Virus record (IMG/VR): IMGVR_UViG_3300049020_000015
Location: 1 to 59,842 of that record
Strand: one strand, 5' to 3'
DNA from: a virus
DNA length: 59,842 bases
A program made the position numbers and the translations under genes. Below, piece after piece: positions 42,825 to 54,600 of the stretch. The notes below the pieces were generated by a model. That model was not told the origin of the DNA. It saw nothing but the letters and a program-made list of their open reading frames with translations, and searched no databases. Position 1 is the first letter of the stretch. Each line of letters begins with the position of its first letter.

Positions 42825-45800
42825 ACGCATAGAAACCCTCATATCGCCGGAAGCGCTAAAGCAGTTCGAGCAACTGAAAGCGTCTACAGATGCTAATACC
42901 GCCAGCTTTGAAAAGCTGATCGCTAAGGCCGTGGAGTTGAATAAGGCGGTGGGTAATGCAAGTACTTTCAAGGAGGTCAACAAGGCTACGCAGGAAATGA
43001 CAGCGAATGAAAAAGCATTGGCAAAGCAGGTTGATGAGTTAGCAAAGGCAAATGCAAAGCTGCAGACATTGTACAGTGACGAGGCTAAGAAGATAGCTGA
43101 AATTAAAGTACAACAACAGGAGCAGAATAAAATATTGAAAGATCAAGCTAAGGAGGCGTTAGGCCTTGTTGGCGCTTATGATAAATTAACAAAAGAATAT
43201 AACGAGGCGGCAAAGGCTGCCAAAGACCTGGCGGCTCAGTATGGTGCTGGTAGTAAACAGGCTAAAGAAGCCAGTGCCCGTGCGCTTGAGCTTGACGTAA
43301 GGCTGAAAGCTGCTGACGCAAATGTAGGTAGGTTCAATAAGAACGTTGGTAATTACAGCGGCGCCCTTGATACGCTGAAGAAAGCATTACAGGATGTTAG
43401 CAAGCGTATTGATGACAATACTAAATCAGGGCAGCAGAATGTAGCGGTTATGGAATCGTTACAGAAAGAACAGAGCCTGCTTCAATCGCTGGTCGATGCC
43501 CAATCGAAAGGATTTGCAAATGCAACCGGGGAGATAAGAAATAACCAGCAGGCCATACTGTTATTGTCACAGGTATACGGAGAGGATAGCGCAGTAATCC
43601 AGGAGCTAACCAAAAAGACTGCCGAGCTTACCGATACCGTTGGCGATATGAAGGCGATTATTAAAGCGCAGGCAAGCGATACCCATGTGTTTGACGGGCT
43701 GATCGCAGCAGCGCAAGGGTTAGCCGGAATCTATGCTGTAGCGCAGGGAACTGCTGCCCTTTTCGGCGACGAGAACGAAGAACTGCAAAAGACCTTTGTT
43801 AAGTTACAATCTGTAATGGCTGTATTGCAGGGGCTACAGGCAATTCAAAACGCGTTGCAAAAAGAAAGTGCAGCTCGGCAGCTGCTAAATATCGGGTTGC
43901 AAAAGATAACGGTATTGCAAACTAACTTGGAGACCGCAGCACAAAGCAAGAATATTATAGTGAAGTATGCGGCTATTGCGGCACAGAAAGCATTGAACGC
44001 TGCTATGTCGTTGGCAGGAGGTCCGCTACTTGCGGTCGTTGGCTTATTGGCGCTTTTACTGATTTCGCTTTCGTCTTTTGCGTCAGCAACGGCCAAAGCA
44101 AAAAGAAACTTCGAGGCACTTAATGAAGAATTTGCAGGATTCGAGGCATTGCTCAATGAGGAAGTTGATGCAATAAAAAGGGCTGGCGACGAAACTGTTG
44201 CTGAACTTGAAAGTCAATTTGCAAGCGAGGCTAAAGTACGGGAAGCTAGGAGAAAGTCATTGAAAGAAGAAAGCGCAGCCATTCGGCGTTTCCTTGCCGA
44301 TAACGGTGCTGCATATAAGGAGGCATTTAAAGAGTTTGAGAACTTTACCAACCGTCAACGTACAGGCGAAAAGCTATCCGAGGAAGAAGAAAAAAGACTC
44401 AGGCAGGTTGAAACTTTCGTGCAAAAGTTCCAGGCTGCAAGGAATCGGGACTTCGCATTAGATAGCCAGATCGAAATAGATAGACTGAACAACAAAAAAG
44501 AAACCACTGAAGAATACATAAAAGCCCAACAGGAAGAAATTGAAGCAACTAAACAGCAAATTCAAACACGCCTACAACTACAACAATCAATAGCTGGTGA
44601 TGAGCGGAGAACTCAGAAGGAGCGAATTGCTGCCTTGCAAGAATCGGCACGACTACAACGCCAGCTGATTAATGCGGGGGCCGATAGCCAGCGATTAACA
44701 CCTGGCCTTACTCCATCCCAAATAAAAGTAATCGAGGCAACACGGACCGCAGCTCTTACCCAGGCCCGTCGGGAATCAAACAAGGCTATTGAAGACCTTA
44801 ACCGGTCATATGCTGAACGTGAACGCAAGGCTAGGTTCGATATTATAAAGATCGAGATCGAGGACCAGATAAAGGCCGCTGATCTGATTTCTAATGACGA
44901 AAAGAAGTCTTTTGATAAGCGCCTTGATGCATTATATGAAAGTTACACCAAACGGCGGGAGATTATTACTGCCAATTATGAGTTTGAAAGAGAGCAGGCG
45001 CGAAAGAATGGCGCATTGCCGGATGAATTAGTTGCTATCGAGCGTAAGGCGCTGTCGGATATTAACCAGTTAACTATTGACTATGGGCTGCAGCAACAAG
45101 TTCTATATGCGCAGAATCAGGAAAAGATCAATGATATTCTGGAAAAAGGAGCAGAGGCTAGAAGAGACATAATAACAAAGAACGAGGATCTTGCCATAAA
45201 TGAACTTAATAAACTGCGGTTAGCCGGATTGCTTGGCGTCGAGGAATATGAAAATAAAAAAGCAGCTATTCAAGCTAAGGCGGGATTAGAGACATTATTG
45301 GAAGACCGTAAGTTGATTTTCGCAAAAGTGCTAACTACAAAAGAAGGAACTGCAGAAAGAGAAGCAGCAGAAAAAGCACTCGCTAACAACACTTTGGCAA
45401 TTAGTTTAGGCCTACTAACTGAAGAAGAAAGAATAAGCGCCCGACGCCTTGAAAATACAAATAGGACTGTTCAGGCTATTAGCGACATATACTCAAATAT
45501 GTTCTCTTTTATATCTGAAGGCTTTGGCATCCAGTCAGACGCAGAAAGTGCAAGGATTCAAAAACAACTGGACGCTTTAACAAAGCAAGAAGAACTGGAT
45601 AAAAAAGTTGTAGAGGCTACAATTACCAATGCGCAAGATAAAGCTGCTGCTTTAAACGAAATTGAAGTAAAGACACAGGCCAAAAGAGAGGCGCTGGAAA
45701 AACGTCAACGACAATTAGACCGACAAAAGGCTCAGTTCGACAAAGCTGCAAATATTGCAAACATAATAACTGGAACCGCACTTGCGGTTATCAATACATT

Positions 45801-46293
45801 AAAAGATCCTAAACTAATTGCATTAGGCTTGAATATCCCTTTAGCCGCAACGATTGGTGCGCTTGGTGCTATTCAACTTGCCCGGGCTATTGCCGCTCCC
45901 TTGCCGGCATTTGAACATGGCACAGACGACGCGCCTGGTGGACTATCGTTGGTGGGGGATGGCTATCGAAAAGAATTGGTAATAACCCCACAAGGAAAGG
46001 TGATGCAAACGCCAGCTGTTCCAACGGTGATGAATGTACCAAAGCACTCAATTGTATTACCGGATGCTAGGGCGGTCTTAGAGGGCGGCCTTGCAGTTAA
46101 TCAGCAGGGTAGGTTAGTAGCGTCAGGAGGTAACACAGACATGAGCAGGGTGGAACAAAAGTTAGACACTATAGCAAAGGCAATTAGGAATAAACCGGTA
46201 CTCAATATGAATGCAACCGAGAGCGGCCTGACTGCTATATGGAATCACGGAGCTAACACTGTCACCTATATAGACGAGCAAACGAGGTTTTAA
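42811..46293 (+). CDS. Tail tape measure protein
   Basis: 1160 aa, A/K/E/Q-rich coiled coil. Central hydrophobic segment GGPLLAVVGLLALLLISLSSFA. C-terminal GGLSLVGDGYRKELVITPQG. Confidence 0.9.
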   Translation: MPNTERIETLISPEALKQFEQLKASTDANTASFEKLIAKAVELNKAVGNASTFKEVNKATQEMTANEKALAKQVDELAKANAKLQTLYSDEAKKIAEIKVQQQEQNKILKDQAKEALGLVGAYDKLTKEYNEAAKAAKDLAAQYGAGSKQAKEASARALELDVRLKAADANVGRFNKNVGNYSGALDTLKKALQDVSKRIDDNTKSGQQNVAVMESLQKEQSLLQSLVDAQSKGFANATGEIRNNQQAILLLSQVYGEDSAVIQELTKKTAELTDTVGDMKAIIKAQASDTHVFDGLIAAAQGLAGIYAVAQGTAALFGDENEELQKTFVKLQSVMAVLQGLQAIQNALQKESAARQLLNIGLQKITVLQTNLETAAQSKNIIVKYAAIAAQKALNAAMSLAGGPLLAVVGLLALLLISLSSFASATAKAKRNFEALNEEFAGFEALLNEEVDAIKRAGDETVAELESQFASEAKVREARRKSLKEESAAIRRFLADNGAAYKEAFKEFENFTNRQRTGEKLSEEEEKRLRQVETFVQKFQAARNRDFALDSQIEIDRLNNKKETTEEYIKAQQEEIEATKQQIQTRLQLQQSIAGDERRTQKERIAALQESARLQRQLINAGADSQRLTPGLTPSQIKVIEATRTAALTQARRESNKAIEDLNRSYAERERKARFDIIKIEIEDQIKAADLISNDEKKSFDKRLDALYESYTKRREIITANYEFEREQARKNGALPDELVAIERKALSDINQLTIDYGLQQQVLYAQNQEKINDILEKGAEARRDIITKNEDLAINELNKLRLAGLLGVEEYENKKAAIQAKAGLETLLEDRKLIFAKVLTTKEGTAEREAAEKALANNTLAISLGLLTEEERISARRLENTNRTVQAISDIYSNMFSFISEGFGIQSDAESARIQKQLDALTKQEELDKKVVEATITNAQDKAAALNEIEVKTQAKREALEKRQRQLDRQKAQFDKAANIANIITGTALAVINTLKDPKLIALGLNIPLAATIGALGAIQLARAIAAPLPAFEHGTDDAPGGLSLVGDGYRKELVITPQGKVMQTPAVPTVMNVPKHSIVLPDARAVLEGGLAVNQQGRLVASGGNTDMSRVEQKLDTIAKAIRNKPVLNMNATESGLTAIWNHGANTVTYIDEQTRF

Positions 46294-46305
46294 AACTGGT
46301 AATCA

Positions 46306-48402
46306 ATGCAGGGTAAAGATTTTATATATTTTTTATTTGACGAAAACAATAACAGTTATTACCAGTATGGTGATACGGTTCTCTCGTCTGCCTCACTTAA
46401 GCCGCTAGAATTTACACCGGACGGATGGAAGAAAATCCAAATTCAGAACCAACGTAACGGCACCTACTTCGCGGTAGATCGCAGTTTTACTGTACCATTA
46501 GAATATGTGAAAGATGGTGGACAAATACTCAAACACATCTACTACAACTATGGCATAGAGGCAAAGGTGTATATGGTAGTATGTGAGCAACAATTATACT
46601 TTGATGCAACACATTACGGGTATTACTATAAGTTATTGTATCGTGGAGAGATTGATCTTGCACAGTTTAAACACGACGGTGCTAAGGTTACAGTTAACAT
46701 CATGGAGGGCGGTATTGTTAAGTTTATCAAGGCTTATGAGAATACTAAGTATGAGATACCTGTTGATGTGCCCGATGCTGTTGATGTGTATATGGATGGG
46801 GTAGAATTTAAATATAATACCGGATTCATAACTATACAGGATAGCTATGATAATGTTCAGCCATTTGGGAATGCAGCACATAGAGAATATTTTATGACAT
46901 TTTACAATTTCTCAACGGAAGGGCAATTAGTTAATGTCATTACTCAGGACATATCCAGAGAAATTGCGACCGGCTTTAATCCGGCCACAGATGAACGATG
47001 GTTTTTAAAAGCCTTGGCAAATGTAAACTTAGATACGCATTTTAAATTTAGCGGGTCTCTAACAAAAACGCTTGGGCCGTTTACGATGCGTTTTAGGATA
47101 TTGGTTGCTGATCAGAATGGCAACCAGCTATTAACACTCTTCGATGAAACCAAAGGGCCGGGTGCAATATTCGAGCCGGTTAATATTGATGTTCAAGCTA
47201 CTTTAAATCTAAGTCAAGATGACCGGTTGTTTCTGCTATTAATACTAGACTCAGACAACACTGCACTTCCGATGTATGGTATTTTTAGTATTGACGAAAG
47301 CACTTCTGATTTAAGTTATTTTTCTTCATACAGGCCAACCACCATCAAAGCCCTGCGCCCGGCCTACGTATTACAGCAACTCATAAGTAAAATATCAGGA
47401 GGCGCATACACGCCCCAGTCCGATTACCTAACCAATACCATTAACGATGTTGTTATCACATGCGGAGACGCAATACGCAATATACAAGACGCTGTTATAA
47501 AAACAAGCCTGCGCGATTTCTTTACATCCTACAATAGTCATTTCGGAATTGGGATGGGGATGTTGGGGAACACTTTAAGGCTTGAGCAAAAATCTTTTTG
47601 GGTACAGTATACTGATGTCATTGACCTTGGCGAAGTGAGTAAGATGAAAGTGTCGCCAGCTAACGACCTACTTGTAAATAACATTAAGATAGGAACGCCT
47701 GAGCAAAAATACGACGACGTGAATGGCAAGCAGGAGTTTAATACGACTTCTGAGTATTCCACCCCTATTACGCGAGTAGCAAAAGACTTAAGCCTTATAA
47801 GTGTGTACCGGGCCGATTGCTATGGTATAGAGTTCACGCGCCTTAATCTTGATGGGAAAGATACTACTGATAATGACAGCGATAATGATGTGTTTATGAT
47901 CCATATTGAGGACACGCAAAGGGGTGATGGCTTATATCATGTTGATCGCTCATTGAATGCTGGCGCCACAGGACTGCTTTCCCCGGCTACAATATTTAAT
48001 CTATATCTCACGCCCGCGAGAGCGCTCAGGCGCAACGGTGATTATATAAGATCATTGTTTTATAAACTCGATGCCAAGTATTTAACATTTCAAACGTCGG
48101 ATAAGAACGACCAGGTTGTTGCTGTCGGCATAACCGAGAATGCGGATGTGCAAATCGCGTCACTCCCATCACCATTATTCAGCTGCAACTATCTGGAATT
48201 TGAAACAAAGGTGCCGCTTGATACACTTGAACTTTTAAGGGCTAATCCTTTAAAGGCGTTCAGTGGAACATGGGCCGGGTTCTCCTTCGTGGGCATACCG
48301 GATAAAGTATCGGTACAGCCAGGTGATAACGGCGCACAGACGTTTAAGTTACTCGCCAGCCCTAACACAAACTTATTGGATTTAATAAATATTGAAGGAT
48401 GA
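46306..48402 (+). CDS. Distal tail / baseplate protein (putative)
   Basis: 698 aa, directly after the tape-measure gene. Confidence 0.55.
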   Translation: MQGKDFIYFLFDENNNSYYQYGDTVLSSASLKPLEFTPDGWKKIQIQNQRNGTYFAVDRSFTVPLEYVKDGGQILKHIYYNYGIEAKVYMVVCEQQLYFDATHYGYYYKLLYRGEIDLAQFKHDGAKVTVNIMEGGIVKFIKAYENTKYEIPVDVPDAVDVYMDGVEFKYNTGFITIQDSYDNVQPFGNAAHREYFMTFYNFSTEGQLVNVITQDISREIATGFNPATDERWFLKALANVNLDTHFKFSGSLTKTLGPFTMRFRILVADQNGNQLLTLFDETKGPGAIFEPVNIDVQATLNLSQDDRLFLLLILDSDNTALPMYGIFSIDESTSDLSYFSSYRPTTIKALRPAYVLQQLISKISGGAYTPQSDYLTNTINDVVITCGDAIRNIQDAVIKTSLRDFFTSYNSHFGIGMGMLGNTLRLEQKSFWVQYTDVIDLGEVSKMKVSPANDLLVNNIKIGTPEQKYDDVNGKQEFNTTSEYSTPITRVAKDLSLISVYRADCYGIEFTRLNLDGKDTTDNDSDNDVFMIHIEDTQRGDGLYHVDRSLNAGATGLLSPATIFNLYLTPARALRRNGDYIRSLFYKLDAKYLTFQTSDKNDQVVAVGITENADVQIASLPSPLFSCNYLEFETKVPLDTLELLRANPLKAFSGTWAGFSFVGIPDKVSVQPGDNGAQTFKLLASPNTNLLDLINIEG

Positions 48403-49229
48403 AAACGTGGCTTGTTTATATACATAAGAATTCAGATACTAAGGAAGTATTTTATGTGGGCATAGGCAGTTCTGAAAAAAGGCCTTACAAAAAAAGTAAT
48501 CGTAGCGAAAGATGGAAAAACTATGTAATTAAATACGGCAATCCAATAGTTGAAATAATCGATAGGGGTCTTTCATTCGAGCAAGCGATAACGCAAGAGA
48601 AAAATCTTATTGCAAAGTATGGGCGTAAAAAAATTGATCCCAACGGGATATTAGTGAATATTTCAGAAGGTGGTCGTGGCAGTAGTGGAGTTCCTTGTTC
48701 CGAAGAAAGGAAAAAGAAATTAAGCGTTGCGTTAAGCGGCAAAAATAACCCTAACTATGGCCGATCTCATACGCTCGAAGCAAGGGAGAAAATACGTTTG
48801 TCCAAGATAGGAAGGCAACACTCGATTGAAACAATTAAAAAAATACTACAAACACGTAAAGAAAATGAAAAATGTATTGGATTTAAAATGAGCGAAGAGG
48901 CGAAGAATAAGATAAGATTATCAAGACTTGGCCAAAAGGCAACTGAAGAAACAAAAATAAAAATGCGCCAAAGAATATCTGATAGAGGAGGTAGTAATAT
49001 GAAAGGCAAAAGGCATGCTGATGAGGCTAAAAAGAAAGTAAGTGAAGCTAATAAAGGTAAAAGGACTGGAGCCCATAATCATAAATCTAAGAAAGTAATT
49101 GATACCGCGACGGGCAATATTTATGTTTCCTGTAAAGACGCGTGCGATACACTGAGATTGAATTATACATACGTTAAATCACAATTGAATGGGTTTCATA
49201 AGAACCTTACAACCCTAAAGTATTTATAA
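48399..49229 (+). CDS. GIY-YIG homing endonuclease with NUMOD3 repeats
   Basis: LVYIHKNSDTKEVFYVGIG...RW, then EERKKKLSVALSGKNNPNYG and EAREKIRLSKIGRQHS repeats. ATGA and TAATG overlaps. Confidence 0.8.
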   Translation: MKTWLVYIHKNSDTKEVFYVGIGSSEKRPYKKSNRSERWKNYVIKYGNPIVEIIDRGLSFEQAITQEKNLIAKYGRKKIDPNGILVNISEGGRGSSGVPCSEERKKKLSVALSGKNNPNYGRSHTLEAREKIRLSKIGRQHSIETIKKILQTRKENEKCIGFKMSEEAKNKIRLSRLGQKATEETKIKMRQRISDRGGSNMKGKRHADEAKKKVSEANKGKRTGAHNHKSKKVIDTATGNIYVSCKDACDTLRLNYTYVKSQLNGFHKNLTTLKYL

Positions 49230-50170
49230 TGGCTAATCAGATATATATACCTTTTTTAAATCCTGTCCGGTTCGTAGAACTTGACCCAGTAGAATTGCCG
49301 CAATACCTAACCAAGCATTTTGACGATTATTGGTTCAAAGAGCAACTACAACCCTTCGAAACTATGGTCGAGTTCAAGCAAAAGTACCAGACAAGTGACA
49401 CCATATATCTACAGTTCGAGGCAAACTTCGCATCAATTCAAATGCAGGTAATAGACTGCGAGCAAACGGTGTTACTAACCCAGGTAGCTACGCAGGTGAG
49501 GGCTAATAAATACTTGGCGGGTTATTATGTATATGAGCTAACATTAAGCCTTGATGCCTTTAGCGCTGGTACTATTTGGCTAAAACTAAATCTCGGTCTC
49601 GGTAGCAAGTTCATGATCAGTGAGCCGATCGATGTTGCCGAGACATGGCCCGGCACAATTCTATTCCAGTACTACAATTCAAAGTATCACGGCGATGTAA
49701 TATTCGAAACCGGCATTGTGTTCGGTCTTCGATGCGATGCGCTTATCCGGCGCCTTGATCCGGGAAACGAACGAACGGCCTATCGTGATCAGAAGCTCAA
49801 CCCAACCATGCTAAAGGTCAGACCTTTCAGAGCCTTTGAGTTGGTCATAGGTCACCGAGTTGGCGTACCCGACTGGGTAGTTGATAAAATGAATTGGATA
49901 TGGTCTTGCGACAACGTGCAATGCGATGGCAAGTCGTTCGCGGTTTTGGAAGATAACAAGTTTGAGGATAAAGAAATTGACCCACGTTATCCGATGCGCC
50001 AGTGGTCGTTAAACATTCAGGAAGGTATCAATAGAGCAAGTAAGATAGTGGGCGTTGATGTTAACCCGAATAAGAAGCTAATGATTGTTTATCAGATACC
50101 CGGTACCGTGTTTGGCGACCTGAGCGAGAACGCAGCAAGTAATTTAATACCAATTACAGAAGTAGAATAA
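49229..50170 (+). CDS. Tail/baseplate protein (putative)
   Basis: 313 aa; synteny only. Confidence 0.5.
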   Translation: MANQIYIPFLNPVRFVELDPVELPQYLTKHFDDYWFKEQLQPFETMVEFKQKYQTSDTIYLQFEANFASIQMQVIDCEQTVLLTQVATQVRANKYLAGYYVYELTLSLDAFSAGTIWLKLNLGLGSKFMISEPIDVAETWPGTILFQYYNSKYHGDVIFETGIVFGLRCDALIRRLDPGNERTAYRDQKLNPTMLKVRPFRAFELVIGHRVGVPDWVVDKMNWIWSCDNVQCDGKSFAVLEDNKFEDKEIDPRYPMRQWSLNIQEGINRASKIVGVDVNPNKKLMIVYQIPGTVFGDLSENAASNLIPITEVE

Positions 50171-50172
50171 CT

Positions 50173-51561
50173 ATGGCACAGATAAGACTAAGCATAGCGA
50201 CAGTTAATATCACTAACGATCTTATTGTGATTGCACGTAAGACTACCACGCCGTTGGTTATTGAGGCACAAGAGGTATACGATGCGCCTCATCCAATAAC
50301 GCAAAACGTAGTATTGCCTGCTACGGGTGATATAGATCCGGTTATTTATTACGTGGACTTTTACGAGTCAAGTGATGGCGTGTCGCTTGATCTTCTATTG
50401 TCGTCGTTCCAATACGATTTACAGAATAATGTTATCCTTTCAGAACGCAGGTTCTATACTGTTGGGGGTACCGGGCCTAATGACCCACCGGCAGATCAGG
50501 ACACTTTAACCGATGCCTACCTGGACGGTAAAACTATTTCAGGGGTATTCAAGGAAGGGTTTAGGTATCTTAAGCCAGAGACAGAGACTACACCAGAATG
50601 GGAAGTTGTCGCCGGAGGAGGCATAAGGTTATTAGGTGGCAAGCAGTTTAGTGGGGAAGAGGTTGTATCTATTGAAATATCATATACCGGTTCATCTGGT
50701 AGCGGTTCATCGGGGGGGAGTTTATATAATGGTACAGCCCTTATCGATACAGATACAACACTCGACACTACCTATCGAAACAAGAGACTACGGACCGAAT
50801 CGGCTGCCAGCAATAAACTCGTAGTGACTTTAGAGCCGGTAGGTAGTGCGCCAGATGGAACCTTTTATCACTTCACCAGCAACGGAGGTAGTCAAAATCA
50901 AACACGGGTATTACCCAGCGGAAGCGAGACGATAAAGTATAATGGCGAGAACTATACGGAAATGTCTTTTGGGAAAGGTGAGTTTTTACGCATCGTAAAG
51001 ACAGGTACATTTTGGGAGGCGGAGCTAGCGCATGAAAATATTCTAAATGTTGGTAGTAGGTTTTCAGGCGATTGGAAAGACTTCCCTTCCTGTAAACCCG
51101 AAGACGCTACATTGTACGATGGCGACGAGTGGCCGCGTATATGGTGGTGGATTAAAAATAAACTACCAGCAACGCATTATATAACCGATGACAATGTAAT
51201 CAGCGGTGGCTATACTCACCCATTAGAAAGAAGAGGGCAATTCGTGATTCATAGCACCTTGAAAAAATTCAGGATGCCAAACACGCAAGAGCTGATGGAT
51301 AAAGGGTTGAAAGATTTTGATAGTTATGGAACTGATACGGAAAGGACCTACGATTATCCCGGCGGTATTCAGGATGATCAGGTCGGACAAGTTGGGTTTT
51401 CATTAAATAAAGGTAATGGATATACAGGTGGGGCTCAGAACGCCGGCTGGTTTGCGCCAGGTGATCCTAACCACCCGCACCCTAATGAGGTGGTGATAAT
51501 GCAAAGTGGTAAAGAAACAAGGGTAAATAACAATGGGGTAATTTTTTTAAGAAGGTTTTAA
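50173..51561 (+). CDS. Tail fibre/baseplate protein with tail-collar-like C-terminal region
   Basis: GSSGSGSSGG linker. FRMPNTQELMDKG resembles the tail-collar F.lPDlrG motif. Confidence 0.5.
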   Translation: MAQIRLSIATVNITNDLIVIARKTTTPLVIEAQEVYDAPHPITQNVVLPATGDIDPVIYYVDFYESSDGVSLDLLLSSFQYDLQNNVILSERRFYTVGGTGPNDPPADQDTLTDAYLDGKTISGVFKEGFRYLKPETETTPEWEVVAGGGIRLLGGKQFSGEEVVSIEISYTGSSGSGSSGGSLYNGTALIDTDTTLDTTYRNKRLRTESAASNKLVVTLEPVGSAPDGTFYHFTSNGGSQNQTRVLPSGSETIKYNGENYTEMSFGKGEFLRIVKTGTFWEAELAHENILNVGSRFSGDWKDFPSCKPEDATLYDGDEWPRIWWWIKNKLPATHYITDDNVISGGYTHPLERRGQFVIHSTLKKFRMPNTQELMDKGLKDFDSYGTDTERTYDYPGGIQDDQVGQVGFSLNKGNGYTGGAQNAGWFAPGDPNHPHPNEVVIMQSGKETRVNNNGVIFLRRF

Positions 51562-51600
51562 ATGTTTCAGAACTGATTGAAAATAGTATAATTTTATATC

Positions 51601-54600
51601 ATGAAGGCTCTAAAATCATTAGAGCCAAAACAGCAAAAAACTTTCCGGGATAAATACCTGGCAGTTGTTTTTGCGGTGGCGGCTCTTCTTATTAGTTCGA
51701 TTGCGACAGCGCAATTAGACAGCGCGAAGTACTCACCTATCAACGGATATGGGTTTAAATATAAGCGCATGGTATTTGATAGCGTGTTAATGATCCCGCG
51801 CTCAACATCCCCTCATACTCCGTGGCGTGCGGGCGCGATAAGGTATAATGCGCCGGATTCTACTCTGCAATTATGGACAGGCAATCAGTGGAATTCAATA
51901 TTAACCGGGATCGGTAATGGTGTTGACACAGCCTACATGATCAATGATACGCTGCTACTTATTGAAACGCCAGATCAAAACTTTATGCTTGCTATACCAG
52001 GGCGCCCGCGTGTCGATTCTATTTATAGAAAGGCTGGGCAAGATTCTATTTATTATTCAAAGAATGGTGTAGAATATGCCTTAAAAGATAGCGCAGGCGG
52101 CGAGGGCGGTAGTTCATTAGACACAACTACCATCTATCAGAATATAAACTTAAAGCTCAACAAGCTCGACACTGTAACCTACGAGACGGTAGGTTCTGAT
52201 ACCTTAGTATATATCGGAACATCCATAACTGTGGGTACCGGAACAACATCTACGCAGTTTCGATACTCAACATGGGCAACAAGATTTCTGAAGCGGTATG
52301 GCTATGGTTTCAAAGAATGGAACTTGGGAGCATCTGGTTCTCAGCTCACTCACCAGATCGGTAATATTCCACTGAAACGCCCGGGATTGAGATTATTGGT
52401 AATTGAATTCGGCACGAATGAATTGAATACATCAGTTGACAGTGCGACCTACCGAACTAATCAAATAACATTCATTGATACCTGCATTGCTCGAGGCTGG
52501 TCCGTGTCAGAATTGGCAATCATTTCTCAAATGGGTTCACAATACGGCGCCGTTGGAACTGTTGCTCAACAGCGGGGCATGAACTTCGTTGATAGTACAA
52601 ACTGCCTGAGCTACGGTATCAATTACATCGACGCCTGGAATCCTGAATTAACGCCGGGCTATACATACATTATTCAGAACCCTGACATTCACCCAAGTGA
52701 TGAGCAAGCAATGGTGCTGGGTGAGATCGTAGCCGGTTCAATAAGTAAGATGATTCAGTATAATAACGAGGGTAACGAATTGGTATTAGATGGCCGTGCC
52801 CAATTTGGAAATGCAGTTATAAAGAATAGAAAATTTATTGCCGCTCCGCAGCTGCTGGGTATTGATAGTACCGGTAACGTCGGAGTAACAACAACACTTC
52901 CGGCGAACATAAGCACACAGGGGGAAATGATCATGCGCGGTGGTTTGGTGCTGCAAGGGTACGGCCAGCGAGCTGAAGCTACGCAACGAAACTTAACTGA
53001 TTATAACAGTGCCTTAGATTTATACCTGGGAAAAGGGTCGCGCATAATCCAGAATGTTGGTGGGTTTCAAAGTACTTTAATACCAATGGCAACGAACGGG
53101 TTCGCGTCATGGGGGTCTAATTTCTCGGGTGGCCTTAACCTTGACTTTCAGCAGACAAACATAAACGGGCCTGCTTTAATTACAGGAAGAATCGAAGTAG
53201 GCACTAACAGTTACATACAGAGTGCCCAGGGAGGCGATGTGTCCGGTAACCGAATATTCACCAGCGAGGGCGGAACTGGTGATATGATATTTAAGAATAG
53301 AATAAGCGTTGGTAGTACCTATTGGACAATGAGCAAAGGAGTAAACGGTACCGAGGATATGGTAATGAAGTTATTCCCTTCAGGGTCGTTGGTTAAGCAA
53401 AGTTCCGGCACACTTAATGAAGTTGGGGTTTCAGAATTTACCGTGAACTCAACAACAAAAGGTATTCTTATACCTCGCATGAGCGGGTCACAAAGAAATG
53501 CTATTACGGTTGGTAAAATAAGTGGCGTAAGTATATCAAATGCAGGATCTGGATATACTGATGGCGGATATACGAACGTAACTGTTAGTGGTGGCTCTGG
53601 CACCGGTGCAACATTCGGAGTGAATATAGCGAGCGGTGTAATCACGGCCGTAACACTAATGAACTCCGGTACCGGTTACCTGGTAGGCGATGTATTATCA
53701 ATTACTACAGCTGATGTGGGAGGAACGGGAAGCGGGGCAACGATCACGGTTACAGCAGTTCAGGAAGACGGGTTGCTTATATTCAACAATGAGACACATA
53801 AACCCAATTGGTATAATGGTGTAACTGGCTGGCAGGTCCCTGCTGATTCAGCGTCAGCAGGTGGCAGTACTTATACGTTTATCAATGGCCTTACTGAATC
53901 GGGTGGCACAGCAAAGTTGGGCGGTACGTTAACACAGAATACCACAATAGACGGTAGTTCGAGTTATACAACAACTTATACAGGGAGTAGAACAAGTACC
54001 AACAGTTCTCTGATAGCCGAAAACACATCGAGCGGTAGAGGGTTAACTGCGACAAGTTCAACAGGCATAGGTGTGTATGGTACCGGCGCAGTTGGACTGC
54101 TTGGGCTCTCATCCAGCGGTACAGGCGTTTGGGCCGAATCGACTACAGGGCAAGCATTTTATGCCCTTTCCCCTTACACTGATGGCGCAGGAGTATTCAT
54201 ATCCAATCCGTCAAGCACAAATACAACACACACAGTATTGAATTTAACAAGGCTATCAACAAGCGCGGGGGCAAATAATATTGCCGGTGCTTTAGATTTC
54301 AATATTAATAATACAACAGCCGCCGGAAGTGTAACCACTGCGAATAGGCTTATCAGTAAGCTAACAACTGCAACATCAGGGTCAGAGGTATCACAATTCG
54401 AAATTTGGGGAGTTAATAGCGGAAGTTCGGCAAAGAAATTCTCCATAGCCGGGAATGGTCAGATTACGGCTGATGGTTATGGCAGCGGCACTCATACTGT
54501 AACCCCAGCAACAACACCGGTATACAGTTCATCTGGCGTAATTGGCGAACGCATAGCACCAAAAATCTACACAGCCTTACTCAGTCAGTCAGGAACAAGC

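Noticed and set aside
10327-44828. Numerous minus-strand ORFs inside the rightward array (for example 11636-11998, 28287-28688, 35214-35516, 37725-38075, 43845-44156)
   Set aside because: All lie antisense within longer, motif-supported plus-strand genes and have biased, low-complexity compositions. They are shadow ORFs.
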